The notes beneath the pieces were generated by a model. The model saw only the letters and a list, made by a program, of their open reading frames with translations. It was not told the DNA's origin and did not search any database. Positions 1-9,407 of a DNA stretch of 64,000 nucleotides are shown here, one piece after another. Within the stretch, counting starts at the first letter, position 1. Each line of letters begins with the position of its first letter. Source of the stretch: a virus (Duplodnaviria; Caudoviricetes); IMG/VR virus record IMGVR_UViG_3300031857_023573, positions 32,001-96,000 of that record; one strand, 5' to 3'. A program made the position numbers and the translations under genes.

Positions 1-552
1 CAATTTATTAAAAAAAGTGATACTTTGGAATCTGATTATAGAGATTTAATAGCAAGTCTAGATGATAGAAAAAAATCACTTGATGAACTAGACGCGGAGT
101 TGACTAAAAAAGTTCAAGATCTTGCTAACGATTTTAAAATGAAGCAGGAATCATTTGATTCATTTAAAAAAGAAGAAACCTTAAAGTTAGAGAAAATTAA
201 ATCTGATTTAGACCAGAAAAAGATAGAGGTAGATTCAAAAGAAAAGTCTGTAAATGAGACCATAGAGTCCGAAATGACGAAGGCTAAAGAGAAATTTCAG
301 AAAGAAGTTGATTTGTTAAATACTCAGAAAAAAGAATTGGCATCTCTTAAAAAACAAATTTCTTTAGAAAAAAAAGAATTAGAATCAGAGACAGAGAAAC
401 TTCAAGAAATGAGAGATCAAATACTTGAAAAGCAGACTGATCTAGAAAAATTAGATAACGAGATCAAACAATGGGAATCACAACATTGGCAGATGCAAAG
501 ATTAAAAGGTTATAACGGAACACCACCGCCACCTCCTTCTGCTATAGTTTAA
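1..552 (+). CDS. Coiled-coil protein, 3' part (frame open from base 1, so the gene probably starts before the window)
   Basis: Frame 1 is open from position 1 (caa ttt att aaa...) through the TTG called at 25; E/K-rich heptads; Pro-rich C-terminus. Confidence 0.75.
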   Translation, partial: QFIKKSDTLESDYRDLIASLDDRKKSLDELDAELTKKVQDLANDFKMKQESFDSFKKEETLKLEKIKSDLDQKKIEVDSKEKSVNETIESEMTKAKEKFQKEVDLLNTQKKELASLKKQISLEKKELESETEKLQEMRDQILEKQTDLEKLDNEIKQWESQHWQMQRLKGYNGTPPPPPSAIV

Positions 553-557
553 AAAAT

Positions 558-587
558 AAAAACCTCTGAAAGTTCAGAGGTTTTTTT
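558..587. terminator. Bidirectional intrinsic terminator
   Basis: AAAACCTCTGAA-AG-TTCAGAGGTTTT with A/T tracts, between convergent genes. Confidence 0.85.
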
Positions 588-1401
588 ATAAGTTATCACT
601 ACAGTAACCTTCTTCATAGGATTTTACAGCTCTATCTAACTCATCATAATGAATTACTAGTCTATCTTTATCGTTTAGATCTTCTTCATCTTCATGATAA
701 AAGTCCGCAATTACTATTATTTCATCATTTGTTAAAAAACCAAATGAAACAAATCCAAGTTCTTCAATGTCTTGAGAGTCTATTAGCCTCTCAGCTTCAA
801 TCACTCCTCTTTCTTTTAGCATCTTTACAATATTTTCTTGAGCTTGTTTTAATGGGCTATTTTCTTTTTGAAATCTTTTTTTAGCCTCAATAAGTTCATT
901 TGTAATTATGTAGTGATACATACTTAGCCTCAGACTGAATGTACCAAATTCTTTAAGATTATTACCAGAACCTATAAATGGAACCTCACTTACAGTCTTG
1001 GTTTTGACATTAAGGTCTTCAGCTTTACTGATTCTACCAGAACACTCTTCGAATATCTTAATGAAATTTGATAGATTGTCCAAAAAATCTTTATATTTAT
1101 CAGTATCCATGTAATAACTTTTAGAATAGTCGTTTGTTGGATTTTCAATTTGTTTTGTAAAAGAGATGTCGTATGAAATTCTGATACCATCATCTGACAT
1201 TTTTGTTCCTTCAATTTTTTGTTGACTGAACATTTCAGACGCTATTTGAATTTCAAATCCTTCATCAATAAGATCAGTGAAATAATCTTTAATTAAAGAA
1301 TCTGGTAGTCTATATTTATCCTCTATTTGATAAAACTCCTCACTATTTTCAAAATGTATTGTATTAGATTCTAGAAATTTACTCCATTTAAAAATTCTCA
1401 T
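586..1401 (-). CDS. Hypothetical protein with capsid-targeting-like leader (MRIFKWSKFLES)
   Basis: 271-aa acidic ORF; AATATATA 5 nt upstream of ATG (motif at 1407-1414). Confidence 0.75.
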   Translation of the reverse strand: MRIFKWSKFLESNTIHFENSEEFYQIEDKYRLPDSLIKDYFTDLIDEGFEIQIASEMFSQQKIEGTKMSDDGIRISYDISFTKQIENPTNDYSKSYYMDTDKYKDFLDNLSNFIKIFEECSGRISKAEDLNVKTKTVSEVPFIGSGNNLKEFGTFSLRLSMYHYIITNELIEAKKRFQKENSPLKQAQENIVKMLKERGVIEAERLIDSQDIEELGFVSFGFLTNDEIIVIADFYHEDEEDLNDKDRLVIHYDELDRAVKSYEEGYCSDNL

Positions 1402-1420
1402 AATTGTATATATTATGAGT

Positions 1421-2191
1421 CTATTTCCAAATTTCTTCTAGGTCAATTTTAGCAGTGACATCAATTATTTGCGAGTCTCTTTTAAGTGAATATCTACCTA
1501 TTTCAGATAACTTTTTGACTATCTTTCTGATATATTTTCTATCAGACTCTGGAATATCAAAATTAAATATTTGTATTAGATTATCGATTTCTTGAAAAGA
1601 CAATGTTGATTTGTTACCAAGAAAGTATAGAAAATCATAAGAGTAAGTATTATAGGATTCAGAATTAGGATCATCTGATTTTGATACAAGGAAGTGTGTT
1701 AATGAGTTTTCAATACCTATTGATGGAACAGAGTATTTATAACCATTAAAGTTAAATTCTTTGGTTTCTGTGTCATACTTTTCAATTAAATCAAGTTCTG
1801 GTTCGTAATAATTGAAAGTTTCAGATTCGAAATTTATTAGTTCATCTTTTCCATTTGTATCGTTAAAATAGTTTAATTTTATTGGTTTATTATTTGTAAA
1901 CTTGACTATCTCTAAAAATAGGAAAACAATATCTATACTTTTTATATCGTTGTAAGTATAGTTTTTTGATAAAATAACATTTTTTTCTACAATCTTTTTA
2001 AGTCTTGTAATTACTGAACCAAGATTTTCTTTGTTGTACTTATATTCGTATTCGATAATGTCTTCGATTTTGGCTTTTTTGATATAGAGTTCAAAATCGT
2101 CTTTGTAAAAAAGTCCTTGTGAAGGAAGGTAAATTACTTCGATTTTTTTTTGAACATTTAAAATACCTTTAATAATCGATATTAAATTCAT
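1421..2191 (-). CDS. Putative baseplate hub assembly protein (T4 gp26/gp51-like)
   Basis: LPSQGLFY followed by IKSIDIVFLFLEI resembles the LPSxG...D(I/F)xYxFLxI pattern of T4-like gp26-type proteins. Confidence 0.5.
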   Translation of the reverse strand: MNLISIIKGILNVQKKIEVIYLPSQGLFYKDDFELYIKKAKIEDIIEYEYKYNKENLGSVITRLKKIVEKNVILSKNYTYNDIKSIDIVFLFLEIVKFTNNKPIKLNYFNDTNGKDELINFESETFNYYEPELDLIEKYDTETKEFNFNGYKYSVPSIGIENSLTHFLVSKSDDPNSESYNTYSYDFLYFLGNKSTLSFQEIDNLIQIFNFDIPESDRKYIRKIVKKLSEIGRYSLKRDSQIIDVTAKIDLEEIWK

Positions 2192-2200
2192 TTAATTTAT

Positions 2201-3313
2201 TTAGTTTTCTTGAAGTATTAAATAAATAGTTTGAGCAAATTCATTTATTGGTACTTCATCAAATATCTTTTTATCTTTTAATTCAACTTGAACTAAATTT
2301 TTCTTAACATCATACTTTACGTGTATTATATAATGTTTTGACTTGTAATTTATATCAAATAAATAAAAATAGTTTCCTTGATGTTGCCAATCAGCTTCTA
2401 TTTGAAAATCCTCTAGTTTATTAAACTCGTTGAATAATTCAGAAATTGATCTAGTTTCATCTGTTGAAAAAAGAGGAAAAACTTTTTCTCGAATAGTATC
2501 TAATAGTCTCTTTGCCTCCAAATTAGGATCAGAATTTAGGTTTAATTGAAATGTTAGATTCATTGAATTTGTTTTCTCACCAATCTTTTTTAGATTATTT
2601 AGAGTATCATAATGTATTGGTAAACTATCTCTCATCCAAGTTCGGAAAATGAAATCTGGTTTATCTAAATCTAAATCTTGTATCCATCTATCATTTAGAT
2701 TCCTTGAGCTATTGAAGAAAAAACTTGTTGATATTTTATAATTTAAATAATTAGATTCAATATTCTCTCTATTTAATTTTAGATTTACTCCAAGTTTACT
2801 TAGATATTTTCTTATCCATATAGTCAGACTTTTGGTGTTGCCAAAATCATCGGTTGTCAGATCTATAACTGATGTGTAAGGATTGTCTTTTATCTCCCAT
2901 ATCTCATCTTCTATTGAGTATTCAAACTCACAAATAAATTTTAATACTTGATACTCTTTTTCATTGCAAATCACAAATTCATTTATTGGGAATGATTGTA
3001 ATGATATACATTTAATCTTCTCATCAAATTCTAAAGATAATGTAGATTCGATTCTTGGTGATATACTATCAAATTCTTCTTTTTCAATTCTTCCATTGAA
3101 TGATACTAAGTAACTTCTAAATTCTAAGTCGTCACTAGAATATTCACTCCTTTTTAAATCGTGACAAGTTATTTGATTATCATTGATTGCAATAATTGAT
3201 TGGTGAATTACTGGAACTATTGATTCTTCTATTTCAGAAAGAATAATATCTTCTACTGTGTCTTTTATAAATGATAACTCGTTATAATCTTTGAATTCTA
3301 ATAGAAGCCTCAT
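2201..3313 (-). CDS. Hypothetical protein with leader MRLLLEFKDYNE
   Basis: 370-aa ORF; TATATATA at 3321-3328, 7 nt upstream of ATG. Confidence 0.75.
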   Translation of the reverse strand: MRLLLEFKDYNELSFIKDTVEDIILSEIEESIVPVIHQSIIAINDNQITCHDLKRSEYSSDDLEFRSYLVSFNGRIEKEEFDSISPRIESTLSLEFDEKIKCISLQSFPINEFVICNEKEYQVLKFICEFEYSIEDEIWEIKDNPYTSVIDLTTDDFGNTKSLTIWIRKYLSKLGVNLKLNRENIESNYLNYKISTSFFFNSSRNLNDRWIQDLDLDKPDFIFRTWMRDSLPIHYDTLNNLKKIGEKTNSMNLTFQLNLNSDPNLEAKRLLDTIREKVFPLFSTDETRSISELFNEFNKLEDFQIEADWQHQGNYFYLFDINYKSKHYIIHVKYDVKKNLVQVELKDKKIFDEVPINEFAQTIYLILQEN

Positions 3314-3348
3314 GATAGAGTATATATAATTAAAATTGAATTAGATAA

Positions 3349-4071
3349 ATGTTAATTTTAGATGATTGTTATAACTATCTTTCTAAGATTGAAAATAATA
3401 GTATTGACCTAATCTTGACAGATCCTCCTTATGCTGTTTCAAGAACTTCAAATTTTGATAAAATATCAAAAACTGCTGATGAGACTTTGAGAGTTAAATA
3501 CACAAAACATTCAATTGATTTCGGATATTGGGACACTGAAATAGATTTAGATATTTTATTTAAAGAATACTATCGAGTTCTTAAAAAAGGTGGAACACTT
3601 ATAATTTTTTATGATATTTGGAAAAGCTCACTTATAAAACAGTTCGCTGATAAGTGGAAATTTAAACAACCAAGAGTTGGTCAATGGTTAAAAACAAATC
3701 CAGTTCCGATTAACTCTAAAGTTAATTATCTTTCAAATGCTTCTGAATACTTTTTTTCTTTTATTAAAGATAAAAATCCGACATTTAATTCTGAGTACGA
3801 TCCAGGAATTTATAAATATCCACTTTGTCATGGTAAAGAAAGACTTGAACATCCAACACAGAAACCACTTGGTCTGATAAAGGATTTAATCAAAAAACAT
3901 TCAAATATTGGTAATACTGTTCTTGATACATTTTCTGGAGTCGCGACCACTGCTATTGCTTGTATAGAAACAGAAAGAAAGTGGATTTGTATCGAAAGAG
4001 ATGAGAATTACTATAATATTTCAAAAAAACGACTAGAAAATCACAAACAATCTAATTTAGACACTATATAA
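3349..4071 (+). CDS. DNA methyltransferase, N6-adenine/N4-cytosine, beta class
   Basis: DLILTDPPY (motif IV) precedes HPTQKP and VLDTFSGVATT (motif I), the beta-class order. Confidence 0.92.
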   Translation: MLILDDCYNYLSKIENNSIDLILTDPPYAVSRTSNFDKISKTADETLRVKYTKHSIDFGYWDTEIDLDILFKEYYRVLKKGGTLIIFYDIWKSSLIKQFADKWKFKQPRVGQWLKTNPVPINSKVNYLSNASEYFFSFIKDKNPTFNSEYDPGIYKYPLCHGKERLEHPTQKPLGLIKDLIKKHSNIGNTVLDTFSGVATTAIACIETERKWICIERDENYYNISKKRLENHKQSNLDTI

Positions 4072-4093
4072 TAAAAAAATATACTGTTAACAA

Positions 4094-4495
4094 ATGTCTT
4101 TTAAAATAAAAAATTCACAAATTAATAATGAGGCTTTAGAATGTTTGAATTCAATAATCGATGAGGATATCAATGCCGGTGCTGCTTTTAAACTAACAAG
4201 AATTCTAAAATTTATTTCAACTATAGTTGAGGATCGAGTAAAGGCAGAAGAGAAAATACTTGATAAGTGGGTCCAAAAGGATGAAAATGGTCAGATAAAA
4301 AAAGCAACGGGTGAAAATGGTGAAGATTTGCCAGATACAGTTTATATAAAAGATGTAGATGCATTTAGTAAGGATATGTCTGATCTATTGAATGCCGAAA
4401 ATGTAATTCCATTTGAAAAGTTAGAGTTTTCAGAACTAGGACTCAAGACTGCTAAAATTAAAGATCTTCTAAAGATCGAATTTCTTTTCAATTAA
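4094..4495 (+). CDS. DUF1617-like phage protein (often next to tail-fibre genes)
   Basis: AFKLTRILK...KILDKW..KDENG pattern; lies directly before two structural genes. Confidence 0.45.
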   Translation: MSFKIKNSQINNEALECLNSIIDEDINAGAAFKLTRILKFISTIVEDRVKAEEKILDKWVQKDENGQIKKATGENGEDLPDTVYIKDVDAFSKDMSDLLNAENVIPFEKLEFSELGLKTAKIKDLLKIEFLFN

Positions 4496-4562
4496 TTTAT
4501 TCAAAGAAAATATTATTATAAACTGACGAAGTTAATATATACAATAAAATTGTATAATTTTA

Positions 4563-6113
4563 ATGGCAGTTGCAACTTATAGTATAAGTGTAGGGACCAC
4601 ACAGGAGTCAAGTAGTAAATCGCTAATAACAGATGTGTTGTCTCTTTTACCTGATAATACTTCTAAAGAAATTACACCTAGAGATGTAAGAGATGCCATT
4701 TTTTCTGCATGGGAAAGTTCAGTCATAAGATATACATCTGATGGTGCAACTGACTATATCGGAATTGATAGAAATACTGTCAAAGATACCAAAATATTTC
4801 TAGGTAAAAAAGAAATATCAGGAACAACTGTTCTTAGTGGTCTTTTAGGCAGTGATACTGATATATTTCTATACAATACAAAATCTGACTCAGCCTTAAC
4901 TCAGAATTTCAAAATGAGTTTACTAGCTGGATCTAATACTGGTTTATTTTCAACAGCTCCTTATATATCCTCTGAATTTGTATCAGGTTCACCGAATTAT
5001 CTTTCACTCGGATTAGTAAATCCTGGAACTTACGGTACAATAAATATTGAAAGTGGTTCATCCGCGAGTATAAGTATAAATAATTTAATATTTCCATCAA
5101 CAAGTTATGTTGATGATATAGTGAATTTAGTAGTAACACCTCAAGCATCAGATGGAAGTACACTCTTGTTAGCTACAAGAGCCGGTGGTAATGTTGAGTT
5201 ACTTACACCAGCCGCTTTAGCAGGTGGTACTATTGGTGCAACTGGTTCACCTACTAACATCTACGGAACGCCGGTCACTGTAAACGGTCAACCTTTAGAA
5301 TATACAAATGCTATTCCGACTGTAACTCAGACTGGTGGTGTTGCAATTGGTACAACCTTCACAGATGTTCCACTTGTAGATGTGCTTACTGCCATACTTT
5401 ATCCTTATATACCACCAGCTGCTACAATTATAATTACAACATCACTTGGTGTTAATAGAACACTTGAGAGAAATCACTCATCTAATACTTCAATTGCTTA
5501 TACATATACTTTAACTAAAGCTACTTATAATATTACTTCTACTTCTTTACAAGTTTTAAGAAATGGTACATTAATAGTTAATGACTCATCTCTATCAACT
5601 CTTTCAGGTTCAGGTTTAATCACAAATACATATACAAATACAAGAAATATAACTGCTGCTGAAGTTTCATCTGTTTCTAATGGACCTTGTGTGATGACAT
5701 TTTCTATTGTTCCGACTGATGGAACTTCTTCAGGCACAGCTTCTACAAGAATAGAATTTGTTTATCCATATTTTTACGGATTTAGTGCAACAAACGTGAC
5801 AGATGGTGCTGGATTTAATGGTATCAACTCATCACTTAGCAAAAAATTAGATATTGGTGGTAGTCAATCAGTTGCTATGAATGGTACAGGATATATGTAT
5901 TTCGCATATCCAGCTTATCACGGAAACTTGACTACTATTAAAGATGGAAATGACTTTACGGAATTTTCACCAGTTGATTTTAGTACTTGGACTTACTCGT
6001 ACTACGCAAATATACAAGGCACAAATTGGTCTAATGGTCAATACTATGTCTATAAAAAATGGGTTAGTGTATCTACTGTTAATCCAACACAAACATATAA
6101 ATTTAATTTCTAA
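4563..6113 (+). CDS. Virion structural / fibre-associated protein
   Basis: 516 aa, S/T/G-rich beta composition; ITPRDVRDA N-terminal motif; YPYFYG and YMYFAYP motifs typical of phage structural proteins; AATATATA at 4534-4541. Confidence 0.6.
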   Translation: MAVATYSISVGTTQESSSKSLITDVLSLLPDNTSKEITPRDVRDAIFSAWESSVIRYTSDGATDYIGIDRNTVKDTKIFLGKKEISGTTVLSGLLGSDTDIFLYNTKSDSALTQNFKMSLLAGSNTGLFSTAPYISSEFVSGSPNYLSLGLVNPGTYGTINIESGSSASISINNLIFPSTSYVDDIVNLVVTPQASDGSTLLLATRAGGNVELLTPAALAGGTIGATGSPTNIYGTPVTVNGQPLEYTNAIPTVTQTGGVAIGTTFTDVPLVDVLTAILYPYIPPAATIIITTSLGVNRTLERNHSSNTSIAYTYTLTKATYNITSTSLQVLRNGTLIVNDSSLSTLSGSGLITNTYTNTRNITAAEVSSVSNGPCVMTFSIVPTDGTSSGTASTRIEFVYPYFYGFSATNVTDGAGFNGINSSLSKKLDIGGSQSVAMNGTGYMYFAYPAYHGNLTTIKDGNDFTEFSPVDFSTWTYSYYANIQGTNWSNGQYYVYKKWVSVSTVNPTQTYKFNF

Positions 6114-6115
6114 AT

Positions 6116-7645
6116 ATGTCAATAAATATACAAGATACATTTAAAGTTAACATCGGACTTCCAATCGACTCCAGGATTGTAGCAACAACTTCTGCAGTTA
6201 GAGATGCTATTACATATAAATATGATGGACTTAGTGTATTCCAATTAAGTGATAGAAAGACATACACTTGGAATGCGAATACTGCTACTTGGTCAGGTAC
6301 TGCTGATTTCGTGGGTGCTGGTAATGTGGGTTATCTGGCACGTTTTAGTGATGTTAGAGGACTTACCTCCTCAGCATTATATATGACGACTGGTTCTACT
6401 CCACTAAAGGGTAAAATAGGTATAAATACACCTAATCCGCAAGAAATATTTCAAATTAACGTTGATACAGGTAGTGCTGATCCTTTTGTTGTTTCTCAAG
6501 CTACTAATACGATTCTAGCACTTAACTGGTACAATGATGGAACTGATAAATCGTTTTCAAATGCAAATCCGTCTGCTGCAATAAAATTTAGAAGAACTGA
6601 TGGAGCAATACATTTTCTTAGTAGGGCTGCAAGCACTTCTGCTTTAGATTCAAGTGATACATTCAATGTAAATAACGTTTTAGCAAGATTTTCACTTGGT
6701 TCTATAAATTTCACTAGAGATTTGAATTTCAACAATGCTAACAGCGGTTCAAGTGCCGCTTATATTAGAGCTACTGGATCCGTCGTGTCATCTTTTTCGA
6801 CTAAGTCACTTCCAGACTATACCTGGAATAGCGATGGATCTACAGGTCTTTATCATCCAGCTTCCGCCAGAATTGGTTTTGCTATCGGTGGTCAACAGAA
6901 AATGGTACTTAACGCCAGTGGCTTACTTATAAGTTCAGATGATACAGCAGTAACAACACCGTCAAGCAGACTACACTTACACAACTCAACTGCTGCTCAA
7001 ACATATTTACAGATATCAAATGTTAATACTGGTAGTGGTGCGAACGATTCGATGCTTGTTGGAATAAGTCAAGAGGGTTGGCCTCAGATTCAAAGTAGAT
7101 GGGATAACAAACCATTTTTAATTAGATTTTCAAATGGTAATACTGGTGGTGGTAATTTCTTCCGATTCGAAAGAAACTATTTCACAATTTTCTCAAACGA
7201 ATTAGGAAGTGGTTTTAGTGAAATGACTTCAAATGCCTACGACCGTGTGATGTATGGAACTAGAAATTTTAACTGGTTTTCTGAGGCAAGTCAAGCATTC
7301 AGAACCGTTTTTCAACTTACATTACCTAGTAGTTCATCTGTCATTATTGAGTGTCAATTTAACACGTCGATAAATGCTAGTGGAAACAAACAGTTTAGAA
7401 ACCAGAAATCAATATACGCTTTTACAGTAAACTTATCAGGCGCTATACAACAATTGCCTGGTAGTCCTGATCTTATTTCAGAAAGTGCTTCTTCAAGTAT
7501 CTCATTTATTGGACAATCACAAGTTGTGTCTGCTGGTGCAAATACTTTAGCGTTTCAGGTAAATTTAGGTAATGGTGCGAATGGATGGTCAGGAAGATCG
7601 GTTGTTTCTTTTACATCAACGGTCAACAGATACCAAGGGCACTAA
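6116..7645 (+). CDS. Tail fibre-like structural protein
   Basis: N-terminal PIDSR..R..I.YKYDGLSV motif; GKIGINT.NP and RIGFAIGG..KM.L repeats typical of fibre shafts. Confidence 0.6.
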   Translation: MSINIQDTFKVNIGLPIDSRIVATTSAVRDAITYKYDGLSVFQLSDRKTYTWNANTATWSGTADFVGAGNVGYLARFSDVRGLTSSALYMTTGSTPLKGKIGINTPNPQEIFQINVDTGSADPFVVSQATNTILALNWYNDGTDKSFSNANPSAAIKFRRTDGAIHFLSRAASTSALDSSDTFNVNNVLARFSLGSINFTRDLNFNNANSGSSAAYIRATGSVVSSFSTKSLPDYTWNSDGSTGLYHPASARIGFAIGGQQKMVLNASGLLISSDDTAVTTPSSRLHLHNSTAAQTYLQISNVNTGSGANDSMLVGISQEGWPQIQSRWDNKPFLIRFSNGNTGGGNFFRFERNYFTIFSNELGSGFSEMTSNAYDRVMYGTRNFNWFSEASQAFRTVFQLTLPSSSSVIIECQFNTSINASGNKQFRNQKSIYAFTVNLSGAIQQLPGSPDLISESASSSISFIGQSQVVSAGANTLAFQVNLGNGANGWSGRSVVSFTSTVNRYQGH

Positions 7646-8334
7646 TTATCAACCTCTTCAAACCACCAGTTGAAATAAACAAAGTTGTCACCAGTCAAGG
7701 TATATTGATTACTATCATATTCAAAAATTAATCTACCGTCATATGATTTCAAAACTTCAATTATTGAGTTTTGTGGAAGTCTAAGTAATTTACCAGTGAG
7801 GTTTGAATAACAAATGACCTCATCTTTTAGTAGTTTGAACTTACCAAATTGAGGTTTCATCCAGTTTTTGATATGTTTGATAATTAATCCCTTGGTTTTG
7901 ATAATCCATTCTTTTGTTTGAAGTAAAAGATGGTCTTTGAATACCTCTGATTTAAATTCTGGATTATTTAATATATCTGTAATAACGCCCCAATATTCAT
8001 CTTCGTCAATTTTAAAACTTAAATAAACATCATACTGAAAACTACTTGATTTCACTATTCTAATGATTTTTACATTTGAAATTTCTTGGTCTTCTAGTGA
8101 AAGTTTTGACTTTAGTGTTTTATAACCTTGTGTATTCTGAAGAGCTCTTGAAAGGTTTCCAAGTTTTGATATTGCTTGTCTTACTACATCTTCGTGTTTG
8201 TCAAATGCATTAATAGAAAGGCTAGGATCATCAACGTGAATTGATGCCCTCACACTATCGGAATTCAATCTTTGGTAGTTGAACTCAGTCGATTCATTTA
8301 CAAGAAATTTTTTGTAATTCGATATTCTTTTCAT
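7642..8334 (-). CDS. Hypothetical protein with leader MKRISNYKKFLVNES
   Basis: 230-aa ORF; shares a palindromic TATA motif with the divergent gene at 8392. Confidence 0.75.
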   Translation of the reverse strand: MKRISNYKKFLVNESTEFNYQRLNSDSVRASIHVDDPSLSINAFDKHEDVVRQAISKLGNLSRALQNTQGYKTLKSKLSLEDQEISNVKIIRIVKSSSFQYDVYLSFKIDEDEYWGVITDILNNPEFKSEVFKDHLLLQTKEWIIKTKGLIIKHIKNWMKPQFGKFKLLKDEVICYSNLTGKLLRLPQNSIIEVLKSYDGRLIFEYDSNQYTLTGDNFVYFNWWFEEVDN

Positions 8335-8361
8335 TAGTAATAATCAGTATTAAAAAATAAT

Positions 8362-8373
8362 AATATATATATT
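8362..8373. promoter_or_regulatory. Palindromic AATATATATATT, candidate bidirectional late promoter
   Basis: Reads AATATATA on both strands between divergent leader-bearing genes (7642-8334 and 8392-8697). Confidence 0.5.
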
Positions 8374-8391
8374 AAAATCTAATGTTATAAT

Positions 8392-8697
8392 ATGAAGATT
8401 AACAGATTCAATGAAAGTGAAGTTCAAAATTTATCCTCTGATAGAACAGACGAGATTATAAAAAGTCTTCAAGAACTATCAGTTTTAATAAATCAAAAAG
8501 ATGAGATAATTGAGTCATTAATAAATGAGTTAAATAATTTTAGAGATGTGTCTAAGTCTAAAAATGATCAAATTGACGATTCAATTTCGAATTTACAAAT
8601 TGTAAAATCTAGTTTTGTTGAGTCACTTGATAAAATGAATAACGTAGTTATCAGTTTGAACGATTACAAAGAGTCGGGTAGAAAATACTTATATTAA
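8392..8697 (+). CDS. Small helical protein with leader MKINRFNES
   Basis: 101-aa ORF, WXG100-like size and helical composition; followed by a terminator. Confidence 0.7.
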   Translation: MKINRFNESEVQNLSSDRTDEIIKSLQELSVLINQKDEIIESLINELNNFRDVSKSKNDQIDDSISNLQIVKSSFVESLDKMNNVVISLNDYKESGRKYLY

Positions 8698-8700
8698 TAA

Positions 8701-8730
8701 AAAAGTCCTCAATTTGAGGACTTTTCTTTT
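8701..8730. terminator. Bidirectional intrinsic terminator
   Basis: AAAAGTCCTCAA-T-TTGAGGACTTTT between convergent genes. Confidence 0.85.
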
Positions 8731-9200
8731 TACTTTAGATAAGTAAGTTTATAAATTGTTTTATAAAAAAGAGCTATGATTTCATCTACAATATTGTGAA
8801 GGTGTGTATCTTCTGATGATATTGCCTTTCTTTCTTTCTTAATAAATTCTACATTTTCTTTTAAGTAGTCTAAAGATTTAGTTTCACTAGTAATTGAGGA
8901 ATCAATTATTTCATATCCTTCTACAATTCCGTATTGACCTTGATATGTCTCGATTAGATCATCAGTGAATTCTAAAATCTCATTATAAAATTCACCAAGT
9001 GCTTCGTGTTGCCATCCAGAACCCATATCACCTTGAACTTGAAGATGAAAAATATGTGAAACCTGTCTTACTTCAAATAACTTTGAAAAGAAGATTGCAA
9101 CTTCTGATTTTTCTATTTGAACTTCTGGTTCATTTTGAACAATTTCTTGTTCATTTAATTTTTCAATTTTTTGTATTTTAAAATCACTAAATCTTTTCAC
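8730..9200 (-). CDS. Ferritin-like / Dps-like protein (DUF5856-type) with N-terminal leader
   Basis: HIFHLQV...QHEALGEFY...TDDLIETYQG matches the Dps ferroxidase H..H...H..E......D..E pattern; GTG start; AATATATA at 9219-9226. Confidence 0.7.
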   Translation of the reverse strand: MKRFSDFKIQKIEKLNEQEIVQNEPEVQIEKSEVAIFFSKLFEVRQVSHIFHLQVQGDMGSGWQHEALGEFYNEILEFTDDLIETYQGQYGIVEGYEIIDSSITSETKSLDYLKENVEFIKKERKAISSEDTHLHNIVDEIIALFYKTIYKLTYLK

Positions 9201-9224
9201 TTTGATTATTATTTTTTTTATATA

Positions 9225-9407
9225 TTATTTTGTCTCACCAATATTTTTGATGGTATATTCTGACTGTTCTTGGATTGACTGAAGAATTGAATCAGACATG
9301 TATCCGGCTTCTCCTTCATTTTCAGCAAAAATTTCTAGTTTTACTTCAGCAACTACTTCATATTTTTTCAAATATTTATTTTCTAATATTTTCGTGAACT
9401 TTTTCAT
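9225..9407 (-). CDS. Small hypothetical protein (MKKFTKILE leader)
   Basis: 60 aa; start overlaps the stop of the upstream gene. Confidence 0.65.
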   Translation of the reverse strand: MKKFTKILENKYLKKYEVVAEVKLEIFAENEGEAGYMSDSILQSIQEQSEYTIKNIGETK

